Shown piece by piece: positions 26,680-38,954 of a stretch of DNA of 64,000 bases. Made by a program: the position numbers and the translations under genes. Every line of letters starts with the position of its first letter. Position 1 is the first letter of the stretch. Source of the DNA: the human T2T-CHM13v2.0 reference genome, Homo sapiens; assembly GCF_009914755.1 (NCBI RefSeq), contig NC_060947.1; one strand, given 5' to 3'. The notes under the pieces are model-generated. The model was not told where the DNA came from and made no database searches. It was given only the letters and a program-made list of their open reading frames with translations.

Positions 26680-27725
26680 ATATATAATAGAGGAAATAAG
26701 CAAATATTTCATTTAAAACAATTGATAAAGCAAAATTTAAATAAAATGCAAATTATCAAAACTATGAATAAAAAAGTGATCACCCTTAGTGATTCTACAT
26801 TTAAAAATATAATAGAATACTATAAACAGCAGTATGCAAACAAATCCAATATCTAAGATTAAGTGGATAAATTTTTTGAAAAAAATAACAAAAGAAAACA
26901 TACTAATCTGAATAGTCTTTGAATAAACTGAATTCCTTGTTATACATTATCCTATAAAGATAATTTCAAATCAAGATGGCTTAGCTGGTAAAGTTTTTCA
27001 AATACTTAAATAATAAATATTACCAATGTTATACAAAATTTTCCAGAGAATATACATCATATAGTTCCTAAATTGTTTTATAAAACCAGCATAACTTTGA
27101 TCTGAAAATAGGACTGTTACACTGTGAGAAGATCATTTAAAACTAATGTAGATCATGAATATAGATATAAAATTCTAAACAAAATAGAGGCTGGTAGTAT
27201 ACAGAGATATATAAAAATTACTGTATTTCATATCCCTGTGAAATTTAGTCCAGAAATATGATTGCTTTAAAAGTTCAATAATCAATATAATTCACATAAT
27301 AAGGAAATAAAGATGAGAAAATGTATTTGGTATAACTCAATACATATGCATAATTTTTTTTAAATTTTGAAAACATTGTGGCAAAAGGGAACTCCATTAA
27401 GAGCAGAATATATTTGAAACCTTTGTAGATAACAGAAACTCCATGTGAAAATATTAAATGAATTGATATACAGTTTCAAAACACAAGAAGGTTGTCCACT
27501 CGCACCACATTAATTCATTAGTGCAATGAAGGTCTTAAGCAGTGCAATAAGCAATAAAAAGTCATAAAAGGTACAATGATTGTAAAAGAAAACAAAAATC
27601 TGCCATTATTCAAGTGACAAAATTGGGTACATGTAAAGTCCAAAATAATCTCTGAGCAGATTATGAAAATTAATGTCAAGTTAGTATGATTCTTGAACCA
27701 CAATTAGTATACAAAAATTAGTGCA
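26680..27725 (+). mobile_element. Ancient L1ME-like ORF2 fragment
   Basis: A-rich decayed RT-region sequence (GATGGCTT...GGTAAAG, CCAGCATAACTTTGAT, TACAAAAATT). Appears to resume at about 38895. Confidence 0.6.
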
Positions 27726-29344
27726 GAAGTTTTATTTTTTTTTCAAGACGGCAGATTGGAGGCATTATTAACATGCCTCCCCAACTTGGAAAGGCAAAAT
27801 AGTATATAGAGATTCACACTGTGAACTTTTTTCCAAGAAGCATTGCAGGAACTCTACAGGAAAGCTGAAAGAAGCTACAAACCTTTTGAAAGGAGCAACA
27901 GGCTGCAGCTTACACAATGAGCCAGGCAGAAAACTTTAGGTTCCCAGAGTGTGAGAGAGGGATAAACTGCCTGTATGATACACATTCCCATCAGAAAACC
28001 TACCAATCCAGGCCACTGGGGAAGATTTGAACCCTACTCAGCACTGGAACTGATTTAGGGAACAGTGGGGAAAATAAAAGTTGGAGCAGTGAGAAGAGGC
28101 TTGCTTCCATTCCCAGTCTCTAGTGTAGATGAAGGGGGCCATTTCTGATTCTACCTCACAGGGGACTCTGCAGAATTCTGCCAGCTAACTCAAGTGGTGG
28201 TCACAGGTTGAGGGAAACCCTCAACTGAGATTCATGACATAATTTTGAGTGGGGATGAACTCCTTTGGCCAGAACTGGGAGGCAAATGGGAAGTGGGCTG
28301 CAGCTGCAAGTGCAGGAGCTGGATGCCCTGGCTAGATGGGCAGACCAGGAGGGGTGTGGTCTGAAAGCTGCGGTTGCTCTGTGGAAAGGCTTATGGTCTG
28401 GGGCAGTTTTGCATTCTGAGTGCAGACTTCCTGGAAATTAGCTAGCTGCTGCTAGTGGAATACTGTAGGTGTGAGACCTGAGTTGCCAAGTGTCTGGGAG
28501 CTGAGTGGGGCTTACTGCCACCTGCTACTCACCACCCCATGTACGAACTCTTCTGTGCAACAAAGACCATTTTGCTCCTCCGTGGAATATTACCCAAATT
28601 TCCAGAGAACTGTCAACCAATATTCACTGGGGCCATTGCTTGCCCTGCACATGGAGAGCCAGAGCACAAATTTGTCTGACCCAGGTTCCACTTGGCTTTG
28701 CTCCTCTACCTGATCTGGTAGTTTAACACAAAGGACAGAAACTTTTGGGACTTCTAGGGCCCCACCCATTGCCTGAGTCACCAGAGTACCTCCTCATGGT
28801 AACATAAGGCAGGCACAAGTCTCACTACTACCACTGTGGCTGGCACTCTTTTGCAGAAGCCATCTCCTGGCTTGGGGCCAATTGACACAGTCCATTACAG
28901 AATCTCCAGGTAGAATACTACAGCACCCAGGAAGGAGAAAACCTGATAGCATAGCCTCAGCTATCACCATTGCCTGCAGCACCATGGTTAATCAGGAGTA
29001 TGTCCACATGAGTTTATTACTACTACAACCAGCATTTGATAAACCCAATACACTAAAGCTATTTATAACCAGATAATTTCACATCACTCTCCCACTACAC
29101 CCATTGGAGCTGGTGCTGGTACCTGCTGCTGAGAGACTTGAGGAAAAGTCACATCACTGAATCCCTTGCCAACATTTTCCAACACCAGCCTGGAGTATGG
29201 CAGCTCCACTGGGCAGCTAGAACCAGGGGAACAGCAGCATTTACAGGAGTCTGGCTCTCAGGGACTCCTACTCCTAGGGGAAGGGAGAGTGCACCACATG
29301 CCTGTGAGACAAAAGAATTTAGATGGCAGGGCTTGAGTCCCATA

Positions 29345-30335
29345 ACTTTCTGCTTGTGGGAAGTGTCTTTCAGCAGAATTACAGGTGCAGTGCTGGGCTC
29401 AGTAGGGAAAATCTGTAGCTCTACCCCAACATTCAGGCAGCCCTGCTGCTCATGAAGATTTTTGGAGAAGGGAACATTTGTTCCCCTTGTCCACTACTGC
29501 AGACACAGCTGGGGCTTCTCACATGCAAGCTCAGCAGGGGTACACCTATAGACAGCCTTTCTGGAGCACTTCAGAGTGACTGCATTCCCACAGGAGGAGT
29601 GCCTTTCAGGTTCAGGCTTGCATAAAAAGTAGAGTCACAATACCTCCCTATTTGAAACATCAACCTCATTGCAGATGAAAAGATGTGCCTCTCTGATTTG
29701 AATAGCCTGGACACTGGGTCAAGAGTGTGACTAGGAGGTGGACCACTTTCCTGCTGGCTTGGCAGAGGTGTTGAGGTTGCTCCCTCCTTTCACCCGGAGA
29801 AGACCTCAGTGTGTTTCACTGAGAGCTCCCCCAGCCACCTATGTCAAAGTTGGGACTTTCTGCATGTGGGAAGTTTCTTTCAGCAGAAGTACAGATGCAG
29901 TGCTGGGCTCAGTCTGAAAAGTTATGTGGCTCTACCTCAACAGTCTGACAGCACTGGTGTTTGTGAAGGGTATTGGAGAAGCTGGGGCTTCTCCCATGGG
30001 AGCTCGACATGGGTGAACATGTAGACAGCCTTTCTGGAACACTTCAGGGTGATGAAATCCCCAAAGGAGGAATGTCCCTCCATGTTTAGACATGCTCTAG
30101 GAGTAGAACCACAATCCCTCTTTACATTGAACAACAGCATTCTTGCTCATGAAAAGAGGTGCCTGTCTGATCTGAATAGCTGGAATACTGTGACAGGAGT
30201 GTAACTGGGAGGCAGATTGTTTTCCTGCTGGCCTTTCAGGAGAGCTGAGGTGGTTCCCTCACTTCCCTATGAAAGGACCTCAGTGTGATTAACTGGGAGC
30301 TCCCCCAGCCACCTCTGTCTGTCAGGTTGGGACCT
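29345..30335 (+). repeat. Diverged tandem duplication (about 500-bp unit) in the L1 5'UTR
   Basis: CTTTCTGC.TGTGGGAAGT.TCTTTCAGCAGAA.TACAG.TGCAGTGCTGGGCTCAGT occurs at about 29347 and 29856; both units end near GACCTCAGTGTG...GAGCTCCCCCAGCCACCT. Confidence 0.85.
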
Positions 30336-33300
30336 CTGCTCACCACTGAGTATTGCATTTACCCACCTGCTTTAGCCACCACTGGTTTCTAACCAGGGAT
30401 ACCACTCTCATTCCTCTGAAGCCTGAACTATTCAACCTGGAAACAAAATACCGGGGAAAAAATAAATTTTTTAAAAAGTGCACGCTCTGAGGGAACAAGA
30501 TAAGCTTCAAAAGACCTCTTTCATTTCAAAGTCATAGGAGACAGTAAATTTGCTTGCACACAGCACATTGCTACTACAAACAGGATTTAAGAAAGCCATG
30601 GTACATGGACTCTCTATAACCAAGGAACTCATGTAGAGCCTTCATCTCTGAAAGCAAAAAGAGCCAAAAAAGGCTGCAATAAACTATAAACATTAAAATT
30701 ATATCATTAAGGGGGAAAAAGAAATTTTAAAAAGCCACATGGTCAAATCAAAAATAAATTCAAGACTAATTAGAAGAAATAGTCTACCCAAATGAGAAAC
30801 AGACAAATAATTCTGGCCATATTACAAAACAGTGTTCTAGAATACTTGCAAAAGATCACACTATCTCACCATCAATGGATTCAAACCAAAATAAAATCCT
30901 TTAAATACAAGATAAGTAATTCCAAATGTTGATTATTAAGCTATTCAAAAATATACACGAGAAAGGTGAAAACTAACATAAAGATACTTTTTAGGAATTC
31001 AGAATATGAGTAAATATAATCTAAAAAGATAGATATTTTAAAGAAAAACCAATCAGAACTTTTGGAAATGAAAAACACATTTAGGGAATTACAAAATGAA
31101 GTGGAATATTTCAACATTAGACTAGACTTAGTAAAAGAAAGAATTTCAGAGCTCAAAGACAAGACTTTTGAATTGACTTAATCAGACAAAAATAAAGAAG
31201 AAAGAATCAAAAGAAATGAACAAAGTATCCTAGAAATATAGGATTATGTAAAATAGCCAAACTTAAGAATAATTGGTGTTACTGAGGGAGAAGAGAAAGC
31301 AAAAATTTGGAAAACGCATTTGATGGAATAATTGAGGAAAACTTTCCTAGCCTTTCTAGAGGTTTAGCTATCCAAATATAAGAAGTTTAAAGAAAATCTC
31401 AGAGATTCCTTGCAAAAAGAACATCACCAACTCATGTAGTCATCAGGCTATCTAAAATCAAAGTGTAGAAAAGAATTCTAAGAGCAGTGAGACAAAAACA
31501 TCAGGAAACCTCTAAAGGAAATCCTATCAGACTAACAGTAGGCTTCTCAGCAGAAATGTTACAAGTCAGAAGAGATTTGGGTACTATATTTAACCTCTTT
31601 AAACACAACAATTGTCAGTCAAGATTTTTGTATCCTGTAAATTAAGTTTTATAAATGAAGAAGAAATAAAGCATTTTTCAGACAAACAAATGCTGAGACA
31701 ACTTGTCAGTACCAGACCAGCCCTATAAGAAATGATAAAAGGAGTGCTAAATCTTGAAACAAAAGGTTAATATGCACCAGAATACAACCTCTTAAAATCA
31801 TAAAACTCTTAGGTTCTATAAAACTATAACAATGAAAAAACAACATGTAAAGATAAAAATCAACATAACAACTGGAACAATATCTCATATCTCAATATTA
31901 ATGTTGAACGCAAATGGCCTAAATGCTTCACTTAAAAGATGCAGATTGACAGAGTGGATTAAAAAAAAACACAAACCAAATATCTGTTGTCTTCAAAAGA
32001 CTCACTTAACACCTAGGGATTCATATAAAATCAAGGTTAAAAGTTAGTGTTAGATAAAGGGGTGGAAAAAGATATTCCACATAAATGGAAACAGAAAACA
32101 AGCAGCAGTAGTTTTTCTTATATCAGATAAAGTAGACTTTAAAGCAACAACAATAAAACAAGACAAATAAGGTCATTTAATAAGGATAAAAGGATCAATC
32201 CAACAAGAAGATATTACAATCTAAATATATACATATTTAATTTTGTGGCTCCCAGATTCATAAAACAATTACTACTAGACCTAAGAAATGAGATAGGCAG
32301 CAACACAATAATAGTGGGGGACTTTAACATATCACTGACAGCACTAGACAGATCATCAAGGAAGACTGTCAGCAAGGAAACAGTGAACTTAAGCTGCACT
32401 GTGGAACAAATAGTCCTCACAGATATTTACGGAAGATTGAACTCATGAACTGCAGAATATACATTCTTCTCATTAGCACATGGAACAGTCTTCAAGATAG
32501 ACCGTATGATAGGCTACAAAACAAGCCTTCACAAATTTCAAAAATCAAAACTATGTAAAGTGTCTTCTCAGACCACAGTGGAATAAAACTAAAAATAAAC
32601 TCTAAAAGGAACACTCAAAATTATACAAATATATGGAAATTAAACAATCTGCTCCTGAATGGTTTGGGGGTTAACAATAAAATCAAGATGAAAATTTGAA
32701 AATTCTTTAAAATGAGTGATAATAGTGATGCAAGTTATCAAAACCTCTGAGATACAACAAAAGCAGTGTTAAGATGAATGTTTATAGCACTAAATAGCTA
32801 TATCAAAAAGTCTGAAAGATCACAAATTGACAACCTAATGTCACACCTCAGGGAACTACAAAAACAAAAAGAAACCAAACATAAAACTAGCAGAACAAAA
32901 GAAATAACAAAGATCAGAGTACAACTAAATGAAATAGAAACAAAAATACAAAACATCTATGAAACAAGAAATTGCCTCTTTGAAAAGATAAACAAAATTG
33001 ATAGCCCTTTAGTTAGATTAACCAAGAAGAGAAAAGATTCAAATAAACTCAATTACAAATGAAAATGAAGATATTAAAATCAACACCACAGAATATGAAA
33101 GATCATTCAAGACTTCCATGAACACTGTATGCTCACAAAGAAGAAAATGTAGAGGAAATGAATAAATTCTTGGGAATATACAACCCTCCTAGATTAAACC
33201 AGGAAGAAAAAGAAAACTTGAGTATACCAATAACAATCAGTGCAATTAAATCAGTAATAAAAAAATTGCCAACAAAAAAATTCCAGGGCCAGATAGATCC

Positions 33301-33914
33301 ACAGCTGAATTCCACCAGACATTCAAAGAAGAATTTAGAAGAATTCTTCTAAAACTATTTCAAAAGATTAAGAAAGAGGAAATAATTCATAATTCAGTCT
33401 ATAAAGCAATATCACTCTGATACCAAGACTGGAAAAAAATGACAAAAAAAGGAAACTACAGCTCAATATCCCTGATGACCATAGATGCAAAAATCCTCAA
33501 CAAAACACTAGCAAACTGAATCCAATAGCACATCAAAAAGATAATACACGATACACCACAATCAAGTGGATTTCCTCCCAGGCATGCAGGGATGGTTTAA
33601 CATATGCAAGTCAATAAATATGATAAATTACATAAATGGAATTATAAACAAAAACTATATGATTATCTCAATGGATGCAGAAAAAGCATTTGATAATATC
33701 CAGCATTCTTTTATGAAAAACACATTCAACCAACTAGACATAGAAGGGACATAACTCAAAATAATAAAGGCATATATGAAAAACCCACAGGCAACATCAT
33801 ATAGGGAAAAGTTGAAAGCATTCTCCCTGAGAACTGGAACAAGACAAAGATGCCCACACCCAGCTCTTCTATTCAACATGGGACTGAAAGTCCTGGCCAG
33901 ATCAATCAGGCAAG

Positions 33915-34072
33915 AGAAACAAAGAAAGAAAAGAAAAGAAAAGAAAAGAAAAGAAAAGAAAAGAAAAGAAAAGAAAGGGAAAGAAAGAGAGAGAGAGAAA
34001 GAAAGAAAGGAAGGAAGGAAGGAAAGAAGGAAGGAAGGAAGAAAGGAATAAAGGAAGGAAGAAAGAAAGAGA
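33915..34072 (+). repeat. Compound purine microsatellite (GAAAA)n/(GA)n/(GAAG)n inside L1 ORF2
   Basis: Directly visible; expanded at the ORF2 CAAGAGAAAGAAATAAA site. Confidence 0.95.
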
Positions 34073-36097
34073 ATCCAAATTGGAAAAGAGGAAGTCAATC
34101 CATCTCTGTTGGCCAATGATATGATTGTATGACTAGAAAACCCTAAAAACTCCTCCAAAAAACTCCTAGATTCAATTAATGAGTTCAGTAAAGTCTCAGG
34201 TTACAAAATCAATATACAAATCATTAGCACCACTATACACCACCACCAACAAAGTTAAGAATCAAATCAAGAACTCAGTCCCTTTTACGATAGTTGCAAA
34301 AAAAAAAACACATAGGAATGTACTTAACCAAGGAGGTAAAATATCTCTGTAAGAACTATAAGACACTGCTGAAAGAAATCATAGATGACACAAATAGAAA
34401 CACAACTCATATGCATGGATTAGAAGAATCAATATTATGAAAATGACCATACAGCCCAAAGCAAACTGCAGATTCAATGTAATTTCTATCAAAATACAAA
34501 CATTTTTTCCTCACAGAATTAGAAAAAAAACAATCCTAAAATTCACATGGAACCAAATAAGAGCCTAAATGGCAAAAGCAATCCTAAGCAAAAATAACTA
34601 ATTTGGAGGCATCACATTACCTGACTTCAAATTACACTGCAAAGCTATAGTTACCAAAACAACATGGTACTGGTATAAAAGTCAATACATAGACTAATGG
34701 AACAGAATATATAACCCAGAAATAAAGCCAAATACTTACAAGCATGATCTTTGACAAAGCATACAAAAGCATAAATTGGGGAAAAGACATCTTACTTAAT
34801 AAATTGTGCTGAGAAAACTGGATTTTCACATGTAGAAGAATGAATCTGGATCCCTATCTCTCATCTTATTAAAAAAATCAACTCAAACTGAATCAAAGAT
34901 TAAAATCTAAGACATGAAACAATAAAATTTTTAGAAGAAAATCTAGGAAAAACTGTTCTGGACATTGGCCTAGGCAAGGAGTTTATGACTAAGACCCCAA
35001 AAGCAAGTGCAAAAGTAAATAAATAAATAAATAGGACCTAATTCAACTAAAAATCTTCTGCACAGAAAAAGAAATAATCAGCAGAGTAGACAGAAAACCC
35101 ACAGAGTGGGAGAAAATATTTGCGAAGCATACATCTGACAAAGGATTAATATTCAAAATCTACAAGGAACACAAACAAATCAGCAAGAAAAGAATCCCAT
35201 TAAAAAGTAGGCAAATGACATCAATAGGCATTTCTCAAAATAAGATATACGAATGGCCAATGAACATATGAAAGAATGCTCAACATCACTAATCATCAGG
35301 GAAATGCAAATTAAAACCACAGTGAGATACCACCTTACCCCTGCAAGAATGACCATTATTAAAAAGATTAAAAACAATACATGTTGGTGTGAATGTGGTG
35401 GGAAGGGAACACTTATACACTGCTGGTGGGAATGTAAACTAGTACAACCTCTATGAGAGATAGTGTGGAGATTCCTTCAAGAACTAAAAGTAGATCTACT
35501 GTTCAATCCAGGAATACCACTACTGAATATCTACTCAAAGGAAAAATAAAACATGCCATTATACCAAAAAGAAAACTGCATGCATGTTTATTGTAGCACA
35601 ATTCACAATCGCAGAGATATAGAACCAGCTTAAGTGCCCATTGACCAACAAGCGTATAAAGAAAATGTGGTATATAAACAATATGGAATACTACCCAACC
35701 ATAAAAAAACAATAAAATATGTCTTTTTCAGGAATTTGGATGGAGGTGGAGGCCATTATTTTAAGTTAGGTAACTCAAGAATGGATAAAAAATACTGTAT
35801 GTTCTCACTTATAAGTGGGAACTAAGCTATGTGTATGTAAATGCATAAAGAGTGGTATAATGTACTTTGAAGACTCAGAAAGTAGAGGTTTAGAGGTGGG
35901 TGAGCAATAAACTACATATTGAGTACAATGTACACTGCTCTAGTGATGATGCACTTAAATATTAGACTTCACCATTACACAATTCATTCATGTAACCAAA
36001 AACCACTTGTACCTCAAAAGCTATGGAAATTTTTTAAATGTTTAAAAATAAATACATACATACATAACAAAAAAAATGACAATTAATTGTAGAATCT

Positions 36098-38897
36098 CAG
36101 CCTCGCTCCTGCCGCCACTGCTACCCAGAGACTGCTAAGCCCCAGTTCATCTGCCACCACCCACTCCAGACACAGAACATCCAGTCATAGATAAATATGA
36201 GTTGGTTCAGAAGGCCAAACTAATGGAGCAAGCTGAGAAGTATGATGACATGGCAGCCTGCATGAAATCTATCACTGAGCAAGGAGATGAATTATCCAAG
36301 GAGGAGAGGAATCTTCTTTCAATTACTTATAAAATTGTTGAAGGAGCCCATAGGTCATCTTGGAGGGTCTTTTAAGTATTAAACAAATGAGGGAAGGTGC
36401 TGAAAAAAAAAACAGCAATTAGCTCAAAAGTACAGAGATAAAATTGAGACTGAGCTAAGACATATCTGCAATAAAGCACTATCTCTTTTGGAAATGTACT
36501 TGATCCCCAATGCTTCACAGAGAGCAAAGTCTTCTATTTGAAAATAAAAGGACACTACTATTTTTTTGTAGCTGAGGTTTCTGCTGGTGATGACAAGAAA
36601 GAGATTGTGGATCAGTCACAACAAGCATACAGAGAAGCTTTTGAAATTAGCAAAAAGGAAATGCAACCAACATATCCTACCAGATTGGGTCTGGCCTTTA
36701 ATTTTTCTGTATTCCATTATGAGATTCTAAACTCCCCAGATAAAGCCTGCTCTCTTACAAGGACAGCTTTTGATAAAGCCATTGCTGAATTTGACACATT
36801 TAGCACAGAGCCATACAAAGACAGCACAGTAGTTTTGAAACTACTGAGAAATGGCTTGACATTGCAGACATCAGATACCCAAGGAGATGAAGCTGAAGCA
36901 AGAGAAGGAGGAGAAAATTAACCAGTCTTTCAACTTTCATCAGCCTCATTCTAAAATTTACACAGTAGATCATTTTTCCTCCATGCTGCCCCATAAGTAG
37001 TTTTCTTCTTTATAATTTATGACAGTTTTTTAATTTGATAAAAAACTGTTACTTTTATTTGAATTTCTATATTTCTCATGTGGTTTTTTATGTTTAATGT
37101 TAGGGGATTAGAGCCAGTGAATATTTTTATGGAGTTAAATGTTTTCACCTTGAGGTAGACAATATGCAGATGTAAAATTTTTACACAAGTTATATATGTT
37201 TGGAACGGTACTTTTTGTAAACTGTGGCTTCACAAGGGCCAGTGTAAAACTGCTTCCATGTCTAAGCAAAGAAAAACTGCCTACATATCGGTTTGTCCTC
37301 ATGGGAAATCAAAGGGATAATTGGTTCCAGTCACAGATGTAGCAATTGTGAATACTTTCAGGTTTGAATCACTTACAAGGCTGTAATAGAAACAGGTACA
37401 CTATGGATACCACATGTTGAACCATGTCTATCTGTGGAATGCTCAACCTCAATGTGCATACCTTTGATTACAGCTGCAGAAGTGTTCCTTTCAACAAAGT
37501 TGTGATTCAGTTTACTCTGGATAAGGGCAGAAATGTTTTACATTCTATTATTTGTAAAGTTATCTGCTGTTTGTGTTTATTATTTTTTTGCTACACTCAA
37601 TTTATTTGTATTTAAATGGTTTAGGCAACCTAAGAACAAATGAAAAGTTAAAAATGCAATAAAAGCAAATTGCTTGATATCCATTACTATATATATATAT
37701 ATACACACACACACACTTTAATATACTATATACTTTAGAGATAGATAGCACAGCAGTAAAACAAAAAATCACTTGTATTTGAGATGATAGCTAGCTTTGT
37801 TTAATGTCTTATAAAATTTTCATGAGCAATTCAAGTTTAGTTGTTAAGAACACATATACTGTGTGTGTAAGTAGTATGAAAGTTTTATGAGTAGACACTT
37901 CAACTATGGTTTCTATAGTTTTCCATGTAGGTTCGTCTTTTGGTTCTGAAACTTCTCTAAAAGAAATTGTATAGTTTTAGAAATTTATTTATTTTCTCTT
38001 GGCAGCTAATGGGCTTTTACCAAGTTTAAACACAAAGATTATCATAAGGAAAATGTTAATATAACTACTGTTTTCAATAATTTCCCATGTTCCCTTCTCC
38101 TTCTCCCATTCTGAAAAAATGAGTTATTATTTTTTGGGAGGGAGGGAGAGAATGATTTTTATAAGGGTAATATGTTCCATTTAAAGTGTTGGTATATAGC
38201 ATTTTCTAACTTAGGAAGCCACAATGTTTTTGGTCCATGATGACACTGGGTAGTATTAACTGTAAGTTTGTGCTTCTGAATCACATTTATTTTTGAAGAA
38301 TTTCTTGATACTGTTATAGTCTGCCTTCAATTCTGATCCTTTATTCTTTCTAGGTATCAGGTGCACAAGATTACCTGCCTTTTTTAGTCCTCTGTCTTAT
38401 CACTAACAATTCCTACTTGGTGGCCATGTACTTGGAAAAAGACCACATAATATTTCTGGCTCCAGTCAATGTCTAAAATACCCTGCTTCCCTTGCTTGCA
38501 TTCCACAAACTATTTTCCTCATCCTATTTATTGCAGCAAATCTCTCTTTAGTTAATGAGATTGTGTTTAAGTTCTACCTATTCTGAATGGTCTGTCATTG
38601 TCTACCTTTAAAATCTATTATCTTTTTCTTCCTCTGTTTTTTAAATAATGATGGGGCTAAGTTATACTCAAAGCTCACTCTACAGAATAGCCCTTTAACA
38701 CTTTTCAAAAAACAGCAAACAAAACAATGCTATTTTGAAAGTTTTATTTTCTTTTAGGGTGCAAGCTTCTCAAGAGCAGGGACATTTTCTATATGTTCTA
38801 TAATGCCTAGTACATTGTAAATGCTCAATGTTGATGATGAGAGGCAATGCGTCTTAATGACAAGGGTGAAAAACTAAAATCTCCCCCTAAAAAAAAC
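36098..38897 (+). pseudogene. YWHAZ: Processed pseudogene of 14-3-3 zeta: 5'UTR, CDS 36187-36921, about 2 kb 3'UTR, short A tail
   Basis: Intronless. Translation gives [22 protein letters not shown] and [33 protein letters not shown]...[15 protein letters not shown], the zeta C-terminus. Start ATG mutated to ATA at 36187, in-frame TAA at about 36373, frameshifts. UTRs match recalled YWHAZ mRNA (ACACAGAACATCCAGTC; CATTCTAAAATTTACACAGTAGA). Confidence 0.95.
37688..37716. repeat. (TA)n(CA)n microsatellite in the pseudogene 3'UTR
   Basis: Directly visible. Confidence 0.9.
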
Positions 38898-38954
38898 CAA
38901 TTATGTCTTCATATTCTAATAGAAAGAAGAAAACTAAATTTAAAAATATACTGC

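Larger units (their letters stand above)
27744..36076 (+). mobile_element. Full-length decayed LINE-1, L1PA16/17-L1PB-like, with a 3-kb 5'UTR
   Basis: Starts CAAGACGGC. ORF1 remnants at about 30790-31770, ORF2 remnants ([36 protein letters not shown]), 3'UTR GTAACCAAAAACCACTTGTACC and an A tail. Confidence 0.9.

Noticed and set aside
33655-34158. Lys/Arg/Glu-rich and Phe/Ser-rich ORFs
   Set aside because: Translations of a purine microsatellite.
36538-36921. 127-aa 14-3-3 ORF as a functional retrogene
   Set aside because: Starts at TTG; the true ATG is lost, there are upstream stops and frameshifts, and conserved residues are substituted.
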